From the human T2T-CHM13v2.0 reference genome, Homo sapiens: a stretch of DNA of 64,000 nt. This document shows, one piece after another, positions 29,641 to 46,297 of this stretch. The DNA lies in assembly GCF_009914755.1 (NCBI RefSeq), contig NC_060930.1. One strand, 5' to 3'. The translations under genes were made by a program, and so were the position numbers. The notes below the pieces were generated by a model. That model was not told the DNA's origin and did no database searches. It saw only the letters and a list, made by a program, of their open reading frames with translations. Each line of letters opens with the position of its first letter. Positions within the stretch are counted from its first letter, which is position 1.

Positions 29641-30360
29641 TAATGAAAATGAAACACGAAGGAAAGAGCCCTATGCCAAGCAGAGGTCTCCTGACCTTGG
29701 GATTAAAGATGGAGAAGAACTGAGGTCGACTCAGTGTGGTCACCCATTCCATGCTCTTCGTTTGTTCTGTCTGAGTATCTGAGGTCGCAGGAGTGCCCCA
29801 CTCAGAACAAAGCACCTTGTTCTTCACCTTCAGGGATAAGATTGCTCAAGGAGCCTGAATCCCAGAGAAAGGACAGAGACCTCTAACTCCCCATCCATGC
29901 AACATGCATGATAGAGTTTCCCAGCTGTCCCTGAACCGGTCTCAACCTGCAGGCCCATGAACCCATCTGAAATGGGCTCAAATGGAGAATGAGAAAGGAC
30001 CTTGGAACATTCCCAGAGACTAATTTGGGAGCTCAGTACATCAGCTAAAGGTATTTTCTAGATGATTCTTCAGAGCCAAGGAGAGGGAGAGCTCCTGGCC
30101 TAGGATGGAAGCCAATATTTTACTCTTCTCACACTCTGTGCACCAAGAGATGGTGTGAATGTGAGAGAATCACTCTGCAATTTTACTAGCTCTATGTTCT
30201 TAATCGAAGTGCATTGCCTCTCTTAGCCCCAATTTCCTTATCTGGATAGTATGGGAAATGACAGTTCTCTCTTCTGGAGTTACTCTATTGATTAAATAAA
30301 GTAAGTGAGACGCCGTGCAAAACACCTGGCACCTGCCAGGCAATCCGTAAGCCTTTTCCT

Positions 30361-30377
30361 GCGCCCCCTGTCGGCGC
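30361..30377 (-). promoter_or_regulatory. CTCF motif
   Basis: The minus strand reads gcgCCGACAGGGGGCGC, close to the CTCF core CC(A/G)C(C/T)AG(A/G)(G/T)GGC(A/G)C; nearby CpGs are retained. Confidence 0.7.
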
Positions 30378-30908
30378 TGGAAAAGTTCTGTATCTTGTAT
30401 CAACCCCGGCTGCAGTATCCTTCATAACCACCAGGAGGCGGTGTGGGACCACGGAGCCTGCTTTGCCCACAACTAGACTCACTGGGGGAAAGGAGAGAAT
30501 TCCTCCGCCTAAGGAGCAGCGGAATTGGAGCGCCAGAATTGGAGCGCCAGAGAGACACCGGATCTTACCTTCTTGCGCTGGAGTTGCCCACGCTGTCTCC
30601 ATAGCACGAAAAAGAACCAGGGTAGGCATAGCAAAGGCAACAGGTGGGACGGGGAGCCAGGGAGTGGAAACGCCGGAGGTCCTCAGGCTGGGGATCCCGG
30701 AGTCCTCGCTCAGATTCCGATTCCGGAGAAGGCCAATTCCGGGACCCTATCCATGTCCCATTCCGGGCACCTTCCTCAAAAGTAGGGGTGGGAGGGGCAT
30801 AAGCCGGTCAAGTATTTCCCGGGCCTTCCGGAGCAATCTTGCCTAAGCGTTCATATTTAACGCATTGGACTGGGAAACATTTGGAGATCATTGATTAAGA
30901 AATACTCA

Positions 30909-31886
<978 letters not shown>

Positions 31887-31889
31887 TCC

Positions 31890-32350
31890 ACTGGCTTCCC
31901 ATCACACCTAGTATATAATTCAAGACACTCTCTCCCTCATCATGGCCTACAAAACGCTACAGAATCTGACCCTCCTGACTTTCCATTGACCCTCCCTTTC
32001 ACCTCCACCCTCTCTCCTCCTTTTTGAGCTCCATTCCAGGCACTTTCCACATCTTAGGCCACTGCATTTGCAGTTCCCTCCGCGGGGACCCTGCCCTTTC
32101 AGAAGTCTGCATGGCTCATTCTCTTCTGGGTCTCTGTCTCCTCCCCAAGTTCCTCTCTGGCCCACTTCATCTTTCCTTCACAGCACAAAGGGCTGTCCTG
32201 CCTGATACCATGTTGTGTGACTGTGTTTATCTGTTTCCTGTCTTTCTGACCCAGGAATGTATAAGCGCCCTGAGGGATGGGATCTTGTCTTCCTGTTGCT
32301 CAGTCATTTAATAGGTACTTGCTAAGTATTTGTGGAATGAGTGAATGACT
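31890..32350 (+). mobile_element. L2 3' end
   Basis: tggcttcccatcacac...gagggatgggatcttgtct...taagtatttgtggaatgagtgaatga tail. Confidence 0.75.
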
Positions 32351-32617
32351 TAATTAATCTACAAGCTGTGGAGACTCAGGAAGGATCGTGATAGTGACAG
32401 CTGTTGGTAAATTTAATTCAATATGTATTGTGCGCTTATTTTGTGCCTACTGTGTGGCATTCAGCATCATCTTGTTGCTGCTATTCATTGTGGTGAAGAG
32501 AATACGGCAGCAGGTAAGTCTGATCTGGGCCCAGAGCACAGACCGTAGGCGCAGCTCATCTCTTCATTGCTTTCTCCCCATTCTTGGAGTGGCAGTAGGA
32601 ACCCCCACCCCCCCCCC

Positions 32618-32632
32618 CACACACACACACAT

Positions 32633-32679
<47 letters not shown>

Positions 32680-32680
32680 C
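32618..32680. repeat. Compound (CA)n(GA)n microsatellite
   Basis: Seen directly; a second (CA)n lies at ~33641-33667. Confidence 0.95.
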
Positions 32681-32799
32681 GGGACAGCCTCCTCTATGCA
32701 CTGCTTCCTCTTCCCCAGCCCTGCTCCCTGCATCCTTCCCTCTGGTCCTAGTGTCCTGGTGTCTTGAAGATGCTGGGTAGTTAGACCGACATCCCTCTC

Positions 32800-35700
32800 C
32801 CTCTCTCACCCTGGGCTCTGGGACGCTGGCCCTGCTTCCCCAGAGAGCGATCGCCCCGGACTTGTGCCTGTGTTCCGGCCTAGGGCAGCCGGAACCTCCC
32901 GATATCCCCAGAGGAGTCTCAGGACAGCGCACAGGGAAGTACTGGCTTGGAGCTGCGTGTTCCTTGGGCGGCCGGCGGAGGGCGAAGAGCAGGAAGAGCC
33001 CGGGGGACGACGGTAGCAGAGTGTTGGGGAGGCCACAGACGCGGACTGCGTGGAGAAAGCACGCACCCGGGCCGCAGTAGCCGGGCAGGGGGACGGCGGA
33101 AAGCAGCCCTCTCTGGAACATTTTATTCTGATCCCCGCAGGACTCCCCCGCGAGCCCCGGCTTGAGCAGTCGTGTAACAAGTGTGCGATTGCGCGTGCGA
33201 CTGGTGTGTGCGCGTGGGCACTTACACGTTCCCGGGGAGGCTGGGGGCAGGAGCTTCACTGTTCACACAAAGAGCGCTTAGAGGAGGAACATTTAAGTTT
33301 GGGGGCAAAGAAAGAAAAAAGAGTTAAAGGTTTAGGAGATGGGGGAGGAGGATGGGGCTTAAGGACGCGGTGTTGCCGCGGCTCAGCCATCGGGGCGGGA
33401 AGCTCGGGGAGGGAGAGCGCCTGGGCCCGCTTCTCGCCTATTCTACGCAGAACTTTTCTCTCCTCCTTCTTCCCTCGCTCTGCCTCTCTCGGGGCGGTCT
33501 CCGGGGACTGTCTCTCACATCCATTCTCCTCTCCTCCTTGATTTATGCTGCAGAGTGGAACGACCTTCCCTGACCTCATTTTCATGTCGGCGCGAGCACA
33601 CCCGGAGCCGGCTACGCACATTCCGGAGGAGGCGCGCGCTGACACGCACACACACACACACACACACTCGAGACACTGCAGGGCCCTGCCCATCCTCGAG
33701 TTCACACCAGCCCCGCCACTATTATGGGCACTGCCGGGGCTGTGGACGCTCAAAGAATAGATCCTCATTAGCATCTTGCTTTGAATATCATTTGCATTTT
33801 ATTCATTTCATGTCAAAACGCTCAGAACTCTCCCCAGCCCGCACCTTCCCCAGAGCTTGGGAGTCATGGGTTTCCAGCTCAAGCCCCTTCTCTGTGGGCC
33901 CCACGCTTGCTGGCTACCCCCACCCCACCTACCCTGCGCCACAGCCCCCACAAAATGAATTGACGTCTCCTAAGCACTTGGCAAGTTCCATCTCCTGCGC
34001 TAGGGTGCATTGTCTCATCTAATCCTGACAGCAACTCAAGGAGCAAAGCACTATACTATACCCATTTGAGAGTCGAGGAAACTGAGTCACAAAGGTGACT
34101 TGACCAAGGTCGTGGAGCTAAAAACCGAGGAGGAGAAACTGAAACCCAAGGCGACCAAACACCAAACCCAAAGAGCTTAACCGCTTCGCTGCCCCGGCTC
34201 AGGCAAGGTCAAAGCTAAGGTATGATAACTCTGGCAGGAGAAAGTCTGTTTTCCTACGTGGTAGAAAGTCCTTGGGCCCGCCACGACCCTTCCCCCATCC
34301 CGGCCGCTGGGGCACCGGGGCACATTCCCAGTGCGGGCGCTCGCAGCACCACCTCGCCTGGCCGCCCCCAGTCCTGACCCCTTTCTAGCGCTGGATCGGC
34401 CGGGTCCGGCCTCCGTGCTCGCGGGGTCGTCCGTCGGCGCTGGCTAGTTAAGAAAAATAAACAACGTTCCAAATGAAGGCGATTCCTTTCAACCCAAGCT
34501 CCGCCGCCTGCCAGAGAAATGCAAACAGCGGGGTACGGCCGGAGTCCGCCCCAGCCCCCGCGCCGGAGCTGCGGGTGGCAGGGTCGGGCCGCGGTAACCC
34601 GAGCCGCCGCGCCGGCTCCCCGCGCGCTGCCCTCCGCCTGCCCCTTCGCCCCTGACCCCGCAGTCGGCGCGCTGGGCCTGCGCCCGCCATCCCCAGCGCC
34701 CCCCACCGGGCCGGGACCTCCGCCAGCGGTCCTCGGCGCCCTTCCTGCCCCCTCCCCCCAGCGGTCTCGGCCCCATCCCGAACCGCCACCCTGGGATCCC
34801 CAGCCCTCCTGCGCCCTCGAGGCCACCGGGCTCCTGCGAGCAACGCTTCCCTGCGGCGACCGCGCGCTGGGATCACTCAACACCAAGAAAAAAAAAATGC
34901 ACTGGGAACGACAGAAACCTGCCTTAGCGAACTATCCTCTAGTGGATCGGGCGTGGGGGGCTGCTTCCAGATAGGACCCCTGCTCACCCTGCAGGGTGCG
35001 GCCGGGACAACTACGGGCGCCACTGCGGAAGGCCTGACCTGATCCGGCACGGTGTGGCCACCGTGGGCCCACAGAGGGTGAAGGGGTAGCTTATGCTGAG
35101 TGGGGGTGTCCACCTGGACAGACCAGGCGAGCCTCGCTCCTGGTGCGGGAGCTAGTTTTCCCTGGATCTTCCGCGGCAGAGAAGCCTGCGTCCGGGACCA
35201 GCAGAGTGAGCCGACCGGCGGATGCAGTTGACCCCATTCGCGTCCAAACTTCACTTCGAGAAAACGCAGCCCTGCGCGCAGTCCACGCAGGACGCGACAG
35301 CGCCACCCTCGTTTGTACGGCTGCGCGAATGACTCGAGAGAGTCGCGGTGGCTGCACGTGCGTGCGCAAAGCGGGAAGGAGTCAGAAACAGTCCCGGGCG
35401 CAGAGCGAAGAAATCCTGGGACCTCGGCAAGAGGGCCTCACCACTGGAGATGGGGTAGCTACGCCGTGTGGCTGGGGGAGGGGTGGTAGGGGGCGCCTAG
35501 CCAGTTGCAGGGGCCTCGGGACTTTCCATGGCCTCACCCCTCTTCTAGGACACGTGGCCAGCGTCCTCCAGGCCACCACTGGGGATGAGGGTGCTCGAGC
35601 CTCGGTGCCCAGAGTGTTGGGAGGAGCGGCGGCGCACCCGCTTCCTCCGAATTCCTGCATCGCAACGCTGGGCCGCACCGAAGGCGGTAGGATGTGCCAG

Positions 35701-37450
35701 GCGTAAAGCTCCGATTGGCTTCGAGAGAGTCGGGGGCAGGCGAAGACGCGGACCACGCGGGCTTCCTGTCCTCTTTATTCCCAGCTCTTTTTCGCGGGAT
35801 AAGCGTGTCTGACGGCTTAAGTGCAGTCTCCCTGCGTCCCTGCCTGAGCTTTCCAGCTCCCAATTACTTCGCGGGATTGGGAGCCGAGCGCTCTCCCTGG
35901 AGCGATGCTCACACCCGTGCGCACTCGCCTAGACTTCCCAGCCCGCTCTCCGGGTCCCTCTGCGCGGCGGCACTGCGCAGCTCTTCTGCTGCCGGGGCTC
36001 CAACACCTCTGGAGCTCCAGGCCCTGACTTTCCCGCAGTCTGTCCACCCGAGCTGCAATCAATACCAGCTCAGTACGGGGCCGCTCGCTGGCCTCCACTC
36101 CTCCCGCTGCACACACGTATACACCGCATTAGAGATTCCCTTCTCGCACTTTCGTGAAGGGGCAAGATGTAAGCTCGGGAGAATTCCACTTTCCTCAAAG
36201 ATTCCCTACCCGGGCGTCATATGGGGATTTTTTCCCCCATTGTAGTTTTCTTTTTAAAGAAGTTTTCTTTAAAAGTAGAAAAAAAGTAGACATGAACACC
36301 ACCGCCACCATCTCTTCCCAGCTTCCTAAATCGGTTCCTTTTTGCCAGCTGAAACCCAGCAATTATGGCAGGAAGGAATCCTTTCCTCTTGGGTCCTTCA
36401 AAAAGCGCCACTTTGGAGACGGTGATAAATCTGCGCTGCCTGAGTCGTTCCCCTACTCCCAACCCCTCGCTCCTCATCACTGCCCCTCCTAGACCCTGCT
36501 GTGTAGACGGGACCTCAAGGAGTTCCCGAGGGAACAGATTTGAAAGCCCAGCTCCGGGTTCCATGGACAGTGTTTGACAGGTCAGCCCCTCGCTGTCCTC
36601 CTATCCCCCTCCTCCAAGTCCGGTCCCCCTCTTTCACCCCAACCCCCACTCTCGCGTGGGACTCAGACACTGATCCCGGAGCGAGAATGCGGCTGACAGT
36701 TAAATTGCAGTGTAGGCCGAGGGGGGGAAAAGGGACCATGTCTCTTTAACGGGCCCTGCAGACAAAGCGTCTCCCCTTGGAGCGAGCGGAGCCAGGCGCA
36801 GCCGCGCGCAGACCTGTCAGCGCGTCTCACGCGCTTGGGAGAGAGTTTGCAAAGTCATAATTATATCTCTTAACCTGTCTTGCTCTCTGCAGAAGAAGGT
36901 CCCATTATATTGAAATGAGATTATTAGCCATCAAATACTTTCTTTCTCGGGAGTTTTTTTTTTTTTTAATTCAAATACCTTAACGACTTGGCAATTGCAT
37001 TTTGATCAGATTTAGTTGGCGCCCCAGCCCGGAGCGGGAGCCGGGGCGGGAAGGCAGCTGGTTGGGGAGCGACGAGGGGGAGGTCGGGGGGGAAGCCAGA
37101 AGAGTTTGCAAAGAAATGCAACCCCTCTTTTATCTCGCTCCTAGGTCTCATTTACCTGGCGAGGGCCTCCAGGCCTGGGGAGGGGGTGTGAGATGAGGGA
37201 AGTTGGGGCAGAGTGGTGAGATGTCTTTTATCCCCTTGGGACCTGGTCGGCTTAAACCGCTTCTTTGAAAATGGAACGCGACTTTCAGACAAGGCGAACG
37301 TGGACGCCGAGGCGGAGGCCAGGCTGCGGAAATCTGAGGGCTACAGAATAGGGTTGGGTCTGGGGTACTAGGTAAGGACCGAGGCTGGAGCTGGGAGTGG
37401 CTCGGGATTAACTTCTTCCGCTGGAGGTTGGCTTAAGGCTCGCGCCAGGC
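32800..37450. promoter_or_regulatory. Large CpG island cluster without a recognisable coding gene
   Basis: High GC and dense CpG in blocks 32850-33750, 34250-36200 and 36650-37450. Free of Alu and L1; only a MIR remnant at ~33970-34200. Confidence 0.88.
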
Positions 37451-38189
37451 TCCTGGCGGATGGAATTTCAGAACGCAATAAATGGGGTTTTTCTCTACGC
37501 CCAAGGCCTGTCTGGTTTTACCAAAGATTGTGAGCCCCTTGAGTGGAGAGCCCATCTTGTTTCCAGACCCTGGAACCCCTGTCCCTACTGCCAACAGACC
37601 ACCCCCTCCTCTCCCTGGACTGGAGGAAGGATGTGAGGTGGAAGATTTTCCAGACTTTAATTTTAAAGCCCCTCACTTTGACTTCCCCTAGTGGGAGGCG
37701 GAGCCAGGCTTGTGTTTTTCTTGGCTTTAGCCCAGACTCAAGGAAAATATAGGGAACAAGACAGCCACCAGCCCCACCTCCCCCACCCCGGACCCTCATA
37801 TTTCACTTACAATCCTGGTGGGTCCGACCAGCCTCTAGTTCCACCCCATCGTCTTTGCAATGAGTATCTCTCTTCAGGTACTCAAAAAAGCATTATGAAG
37901 ATCCGGAGTCCAGAAGCTTGGCTTCTAGGCCAGGTAGAACCACACCACCTTGGACCAGTCAGCTCTTGTCTCTGAGCCTCTGTTTCTCCTTGTGCATAAT
38001 GAAAGCCTTGGACTTGAGATATATGCGTTCCCTTTAATCTCACATCATTTTTTCTGTAAAGAAGGTTCTTGCCAGATGTGGTCATCTGGAAGATTCCAGA
38101 GAGGCCATACCACTGCTCTTCAGGAAAGCAGCCTGAGGAGGGGTAGAAATCAATGTTGGCTTTAAAAGCCTCCAAATATAAAAACTGAG

Positions 38190-39040
<851 letters not shown>

Positions 39041-40884
39041 CCTGAAATTGGAAATTTCTTCTCCCTAGTCCTCAATCTCATTCATACGCTCACATATTCT
39101 AATGCTGCAAACTCTACAGTAGCAGGAAATCAATCAATGAATCATGTTTGGCCCTCTTCCCCTGTGTTCAACACTGTAAAGTATCTGTGAATATATTTTA
39201 GCCCCTGCCTTCAAAGATTTGCAATCAAGTTTGGGAGGCAGATAGACACCCAGGAAATCACGGAGGAGATATCTAATGGAATAGAATGAGTAGTGGTTTA
39301 TGCCTCTGTCAGGTGAACCTGACAGCTGGGGCCAAATCCCAGCTCCACCACTTACTATCTATGTAATCTTGGACAAGTGACTTCACATCTCTGAGCCTCA
39401 GTATCCTTATCTGGAGTATGGAGAGGAAAATGCTAATATTTACTCACGGGGATGTTGTGAGGATTACACCAGATAAATATATTTCTCTATAACAGCAACA
39501 AAAAATGGAAAATGAAATTGTTCCTTTTAAATGCTGTATTAGTTCATTTGGGTTGCTGTAACAAAATACCATAGACTGGATGGCTTGTAGGCAGCAGAAA
39601 TTTATTTCTTACAGTTCTAGAGCCTGGAAAGTCCAGCATCAAGACACCAGAAGATTTGGTGTCTGGTGAGGACCCACTTTCTCACAGACGGAACCTTCTC
39701 ATGAGAGTAGTGCCCATAAATGTTAGCCACTATTTCCACCTGGTATGGTGGTAAGTCTGGTTTGGGCTGCTCAGAGTTCAGACAAGAGGATGGTGAGTAT
39801 GAGTTGGGGTGAGTGTGTATCCTATAATGCACAGAGCAGCTTCCACAACAAAGAAATTTTCCAGCCCAAAATGCCAGTGATGCCAAGGTTAAGAACCCTT
39901 GATGTGGAGGACAGAAGGGATTCGGTGGCAAAGGGAGAACATTCCCCAGGAGGGGAGAAAGATGTGCTCTGGAATTTCTGATGTGAACTGAGGGTAGGTA
40001 GCATTGGAAGTGACCAGAGGAGTCCCTGTTCTAGTCTTCATCCCTCAGGCTGCAAGCTCCTCATTCACCTCCCTGATTTCAGAATTTGTGGGGGGTGGTT
40101 TATTTCCTGTTCTCAAGAGATACTTGGAAAAAGCAAGGCAGATTCTCAGGAGATTTACAAGGCCACAGCATCGCGTGTGCCTTGGAACCACAATTGGAGG
40201 AAACCCCTAAGTTGGAGGCATCTGACCCTCTCCCAGAGGCTCAGAAGGGGAAGGGACTTGTCTACTGTCATGCAGTGCAGCTGGGAGTGCTGAGACTCTA
40301 CCCTTGAGCTCTGTTCTTGGTGTACAGAAAGTTAGGGGAGAAGGGATTGCAAATCTGGATTAAATGATCTAGAAGCGGAAAATATGACACATGTTAATAG
40401 TCAAAAAGGAAAGTCAGCACCGAACTTTGGAAGTGTTCAATAGAACAATGTGATTGTCTAGGGGTAAGTATAATTCTTGGTTCTAAAATCATGCCTAATA
40501 GACATAGCATTCCAGAAAAAAGGAAATTTACATTGGTTAATCACATTTTTTTCCAGAAGCAAATTCTATTTGTCAGGCACTGTTCTAAATACTAGGGATA
40601 CAGTAATGAACAACAGAGGCAAAGCGAACCCTCATGGGGCATATATACTGGGGGAGAAGGATGATAAATAAAACAATGTAATGCCAGGCATTTAACTGAG
40701 CACCTACTATGGGTTGGGTGTCCCTTATAAATGTCCTCAGTTTCACAAGAACTTTTAAGATAGAAATCTGCAGTTTAAGATGGAGAAACTGAAGTTCAGA
40801 GAAGGCAAGTGACTTCCCTAAAGTAGAATGACTAATAAGTGTCAGATTCAGGATTTGAACTTAGTAGGCCATTCATGATAAACA

Positions 40885-42520
<1,636 letters not shown>

Positions 42521-43495
42521 GTGGATCTGGCTCTATGGCTCACTGGAACATGGACATTATAGAAAAAGATCCAAGGGTCATAGTGTCCCCTATGTACAGG
42601 GTTTATAGGCAGCTATAGTTGAAAGACCATCAAGACCACGGGACCCTGAAAAACTCATTTGGGAGTAGAATGAGGAGATAAAAAATATTCTCAGTTAAAA
42701 CAGACTCTTACCATGCTTTCAGTAGACACAAGAGAAAGACCATAATTGACTAAATATATTTTCACTTAAATAAGAGTGGTAGAAAGGACTTGTCACCTTT
42801 CATAAGTGATATCATTAGGGATATGGCTACCCAGCTGGGGATATGGCTCCCTTCATTGTGGATATAGGTGTGCAGGATTCCTCTGGCAAGGACTTGGAGA
42901 GGGGTCAATAAATCTCTTAGGCCACATGCTCATGGGTACCAGTTTGTGCATGAGATTGCAGGAGGCCCTTGACCTGTCCCAAGGCAGCAGCTAGGACTTG
43001 GCCTCAGCCTTGGCTTTTGAGAAGCTGTGGGAGAGTTGAGGCTTGAAGTCAGTCATCGGAGGAGATGGCTGCTTCCTCCCTGACGACAAGCTGAGGAGCA
43101 CCCAAGAGGCTGGGCAGGAGGTTGTAGGGGGCAGGGGATCAGGGGATGCAGCACTGCCTTTGTCCTCAGGCTGCACCCACAGAGGCAGGGCTCCAGCACA
43201 TGAAGAAACAGAGCTTGTTTCCCAGTGAGGGAGAGGGCAGAGACCCCAGGATTCCCTCAGTCTCCCATCTCAATCCCTTGAGGTACGGGGCTTCCCTAAA
43301 AAGGGAGAAAATTCAGATCAGATGACAAGGGACTCAGAAGAAGAGAAACAAGAGATGCAGGGGAAGCACTTCCCACCTCAATATCACACTCACTCACTCT
43401 GCATCTTTCCGAAGAATGGTCTTTTCTCCCACAATGTGGACTCAGAGACAGATCCTATGACGTAGCATCTCATTATTTTATCTAAAAAGAGAAGA

Positions 43496-44130
<635 letters not shown>

Positions 44131-45207
44131 AGAGAAGTGGGGAAACTGAGACATAGAGAAGAGCAGATGATGGCTAGGAATATCAGGGAGCCAGAGGAGT
44201 CCACAGGGAAGGCAGGGGAGGTTGAAGAGCAAGGAGACGTCTGATTTCCTCAGGCTGGAGAACAGAGCTCTCCAACATCCTTTTTTTCCAGCACACACCT
44301 CAAGTAGGAGAGCTAGTTAGACTCACTCTTCTACACAGTCTGTGCTGGGAACTGACATGTAATGGGAGGGAAGAGAGGACAGATGTAGCTGGAAAGAGAG
44401 AGGACACTTTTCCCACCTCTTGCAGTATCTCGTTGAGTTCATGAAAGTCTACTTAATACATATTGCCTAGGGCTCCTGTCCCTCCTATGATGTCACAGAT
44501 GGGTGGGTGCTAATAAGCCCCATGGGCCCCTGTGTTGAGTCACAGAGTTGAGGACTCCAGGTTCTCCCAGGAGCCTAGAAGGTCTTGCTTCTTTCTTCCC
44601 TGGTGGTCTACCAAGAGCATGAGTTCCAGAAATATGTCAACCTGTTTCTTTATACTCATTCCTGTGTGCCCAGCATGGTGAGACCTGAAATAAAGAATAT
44701 GGCACCCTCCCTGTCCTCACAGGGCTTGCATTCTAGGTGGGGAGAAGCACAAGCCCAACACCAGTGTGAATACCACCAGGGCGCCTCCCCACATGGTGGC
44801 TGGAGTGTGTTGACACCAAGTGCTAACAAGGGCCTTCCCTGCAGTCTGGAAAGTCCAGAAGCTTCCTGATGGAGGAGAAAGGGTAGATAGAGGTCAGCTT
44901 AGGAAGGGAGATTTGGGTGGAGAGACCAGACGAAGGTTATTGGGAAAAATGCAAAGCAGGACCAGAAACCAGGGCTAAGGCCATTGGTTCATGTTTGTGG
45001 GAACCAGGCAGTGTGAGGGCTGGAAAGGCAGTGTGGACCAGAGGAGGGAGGGTCATCAGCATCAGGGATTTGGGGCTTACGGGGGAGTAATTGAAAGCCC
45101 TGGGAGCTGAGAGAAGCTTGAAAATTATAGCAGTCAGGGTCCCCACAGGAAACACATGGCGTGTCCACACTCAAGTTTGGAGAACTGGAAGAAAGCTTGA
45201 TAAAGGG

Positions 45208-45630
45208 CGTATTCGTTTCCTGGAGCTGCTGTAACAAATCACCACAAACCATGTGTCTTAAAACAACAGCAATTTATTCCTCTCTGACTTCAGGAAGCCA
45301 GCAATCCACAACCAAGGTGTCAGCAGGGTCGGTTCCTTCTGAAACCATCCTACACCTCTCTCCTTGCACCTGGTGGCTGCCAACAACCCTTGCCCTTCCT
45401 TGGCTTGTAGCTGCATCACTCCAACCTCTGCCTCCATTGTCATATGGCCCTGTGTCTTCAGGTAGCCTCTTCTAATGACACAGTCATTGGATTTAGGGCC
45501 CACCCTAAGTCAATATGACCTCATCTTAACTAATTACATCTGCAAAGATGCTCTTTCTAAATAAGGTATCATTCTGAGGTTCTGGGTGGACATGAATTTT
45601 TGGGGGGAATGCTATTAAAAGGGACTATTT
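45208..45630 (-). mobile_element. MLT1B/C LTR
   Basis: gctgctgtaacaaatcaccacaaac...cattggatttagggcccaccc...acatgaattttggggg. Confidence 0.75.
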
Positions 45631-46297
45631 ACAAAGGTGTGGACAGGTGTGGGGAAACTCCAAAGGATACTGTGGTGTCCAGGGCTATAAAAGCAGAGAA
45701 CTGGAGCCAACCCCTTTATCTTCAGGGTGTGGAGAAGGAACCAGAAGGAGGTACAGAAGTCCACCTTGAGAGAGCTGTGATCTTTGGTGGCGCCCGAATC
45801 AACCCTGTGGGGAAGGAATGAGAGCACCAAGCCCCCTTCCCTCACTCACTCTCCTCCACTCTTACGTCTTCAGCCAGAGTGCAGAGAGGCCACTGGTGCA
45901 GCCCACACAGATCACCCTCCTGAGGTAGCCAAAAAAGGGCTTCTGGAGAGGCAAGTAGATGACAGTGACACAATGGCAGTAGGGGCTGATGGCAAGACGT
46001 GCCAAGAGGAGCCAGGTGGAGATCTTGGGTAGGGTGGACATCTGGACAGGGCTGTAGGGTGACAGTGTCTCCTCTGCCCTCGGGCCTGCTCTTTTTTAGA
46101 CCTCAGCTATGTGGGCAGGCTCCAGGGGCCCATCTATGCCAGGTCAGGGCATCCTGAAGGTAACAGAATGAGCCCCATCTCCTTGGAAAGGAGGTCTGAT
46201 GGGGTTGCTCAAGGCATCTGAGTTCACACACTGGCCAGGACCAAATTTAATCATGGTCACGTTCGTTGGCAGACACACAGATTTTTGGGGTTTGGGG

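Noticed and set aside
32564-36245. Many overlapping 120-230 aa ORFs on both strands
   Set aside because: Expected from stop-codon scarcity in GC-rich DNA; no recognisable domain. I looked for homeobox and SREB/GPR85-like relics suggested by FOXP paralogy and saw none.
36553-36575. REST/RE1-like ccatggacagtg
   Set aside because: Only the right half matches; the left half TTCAGCA is absent.
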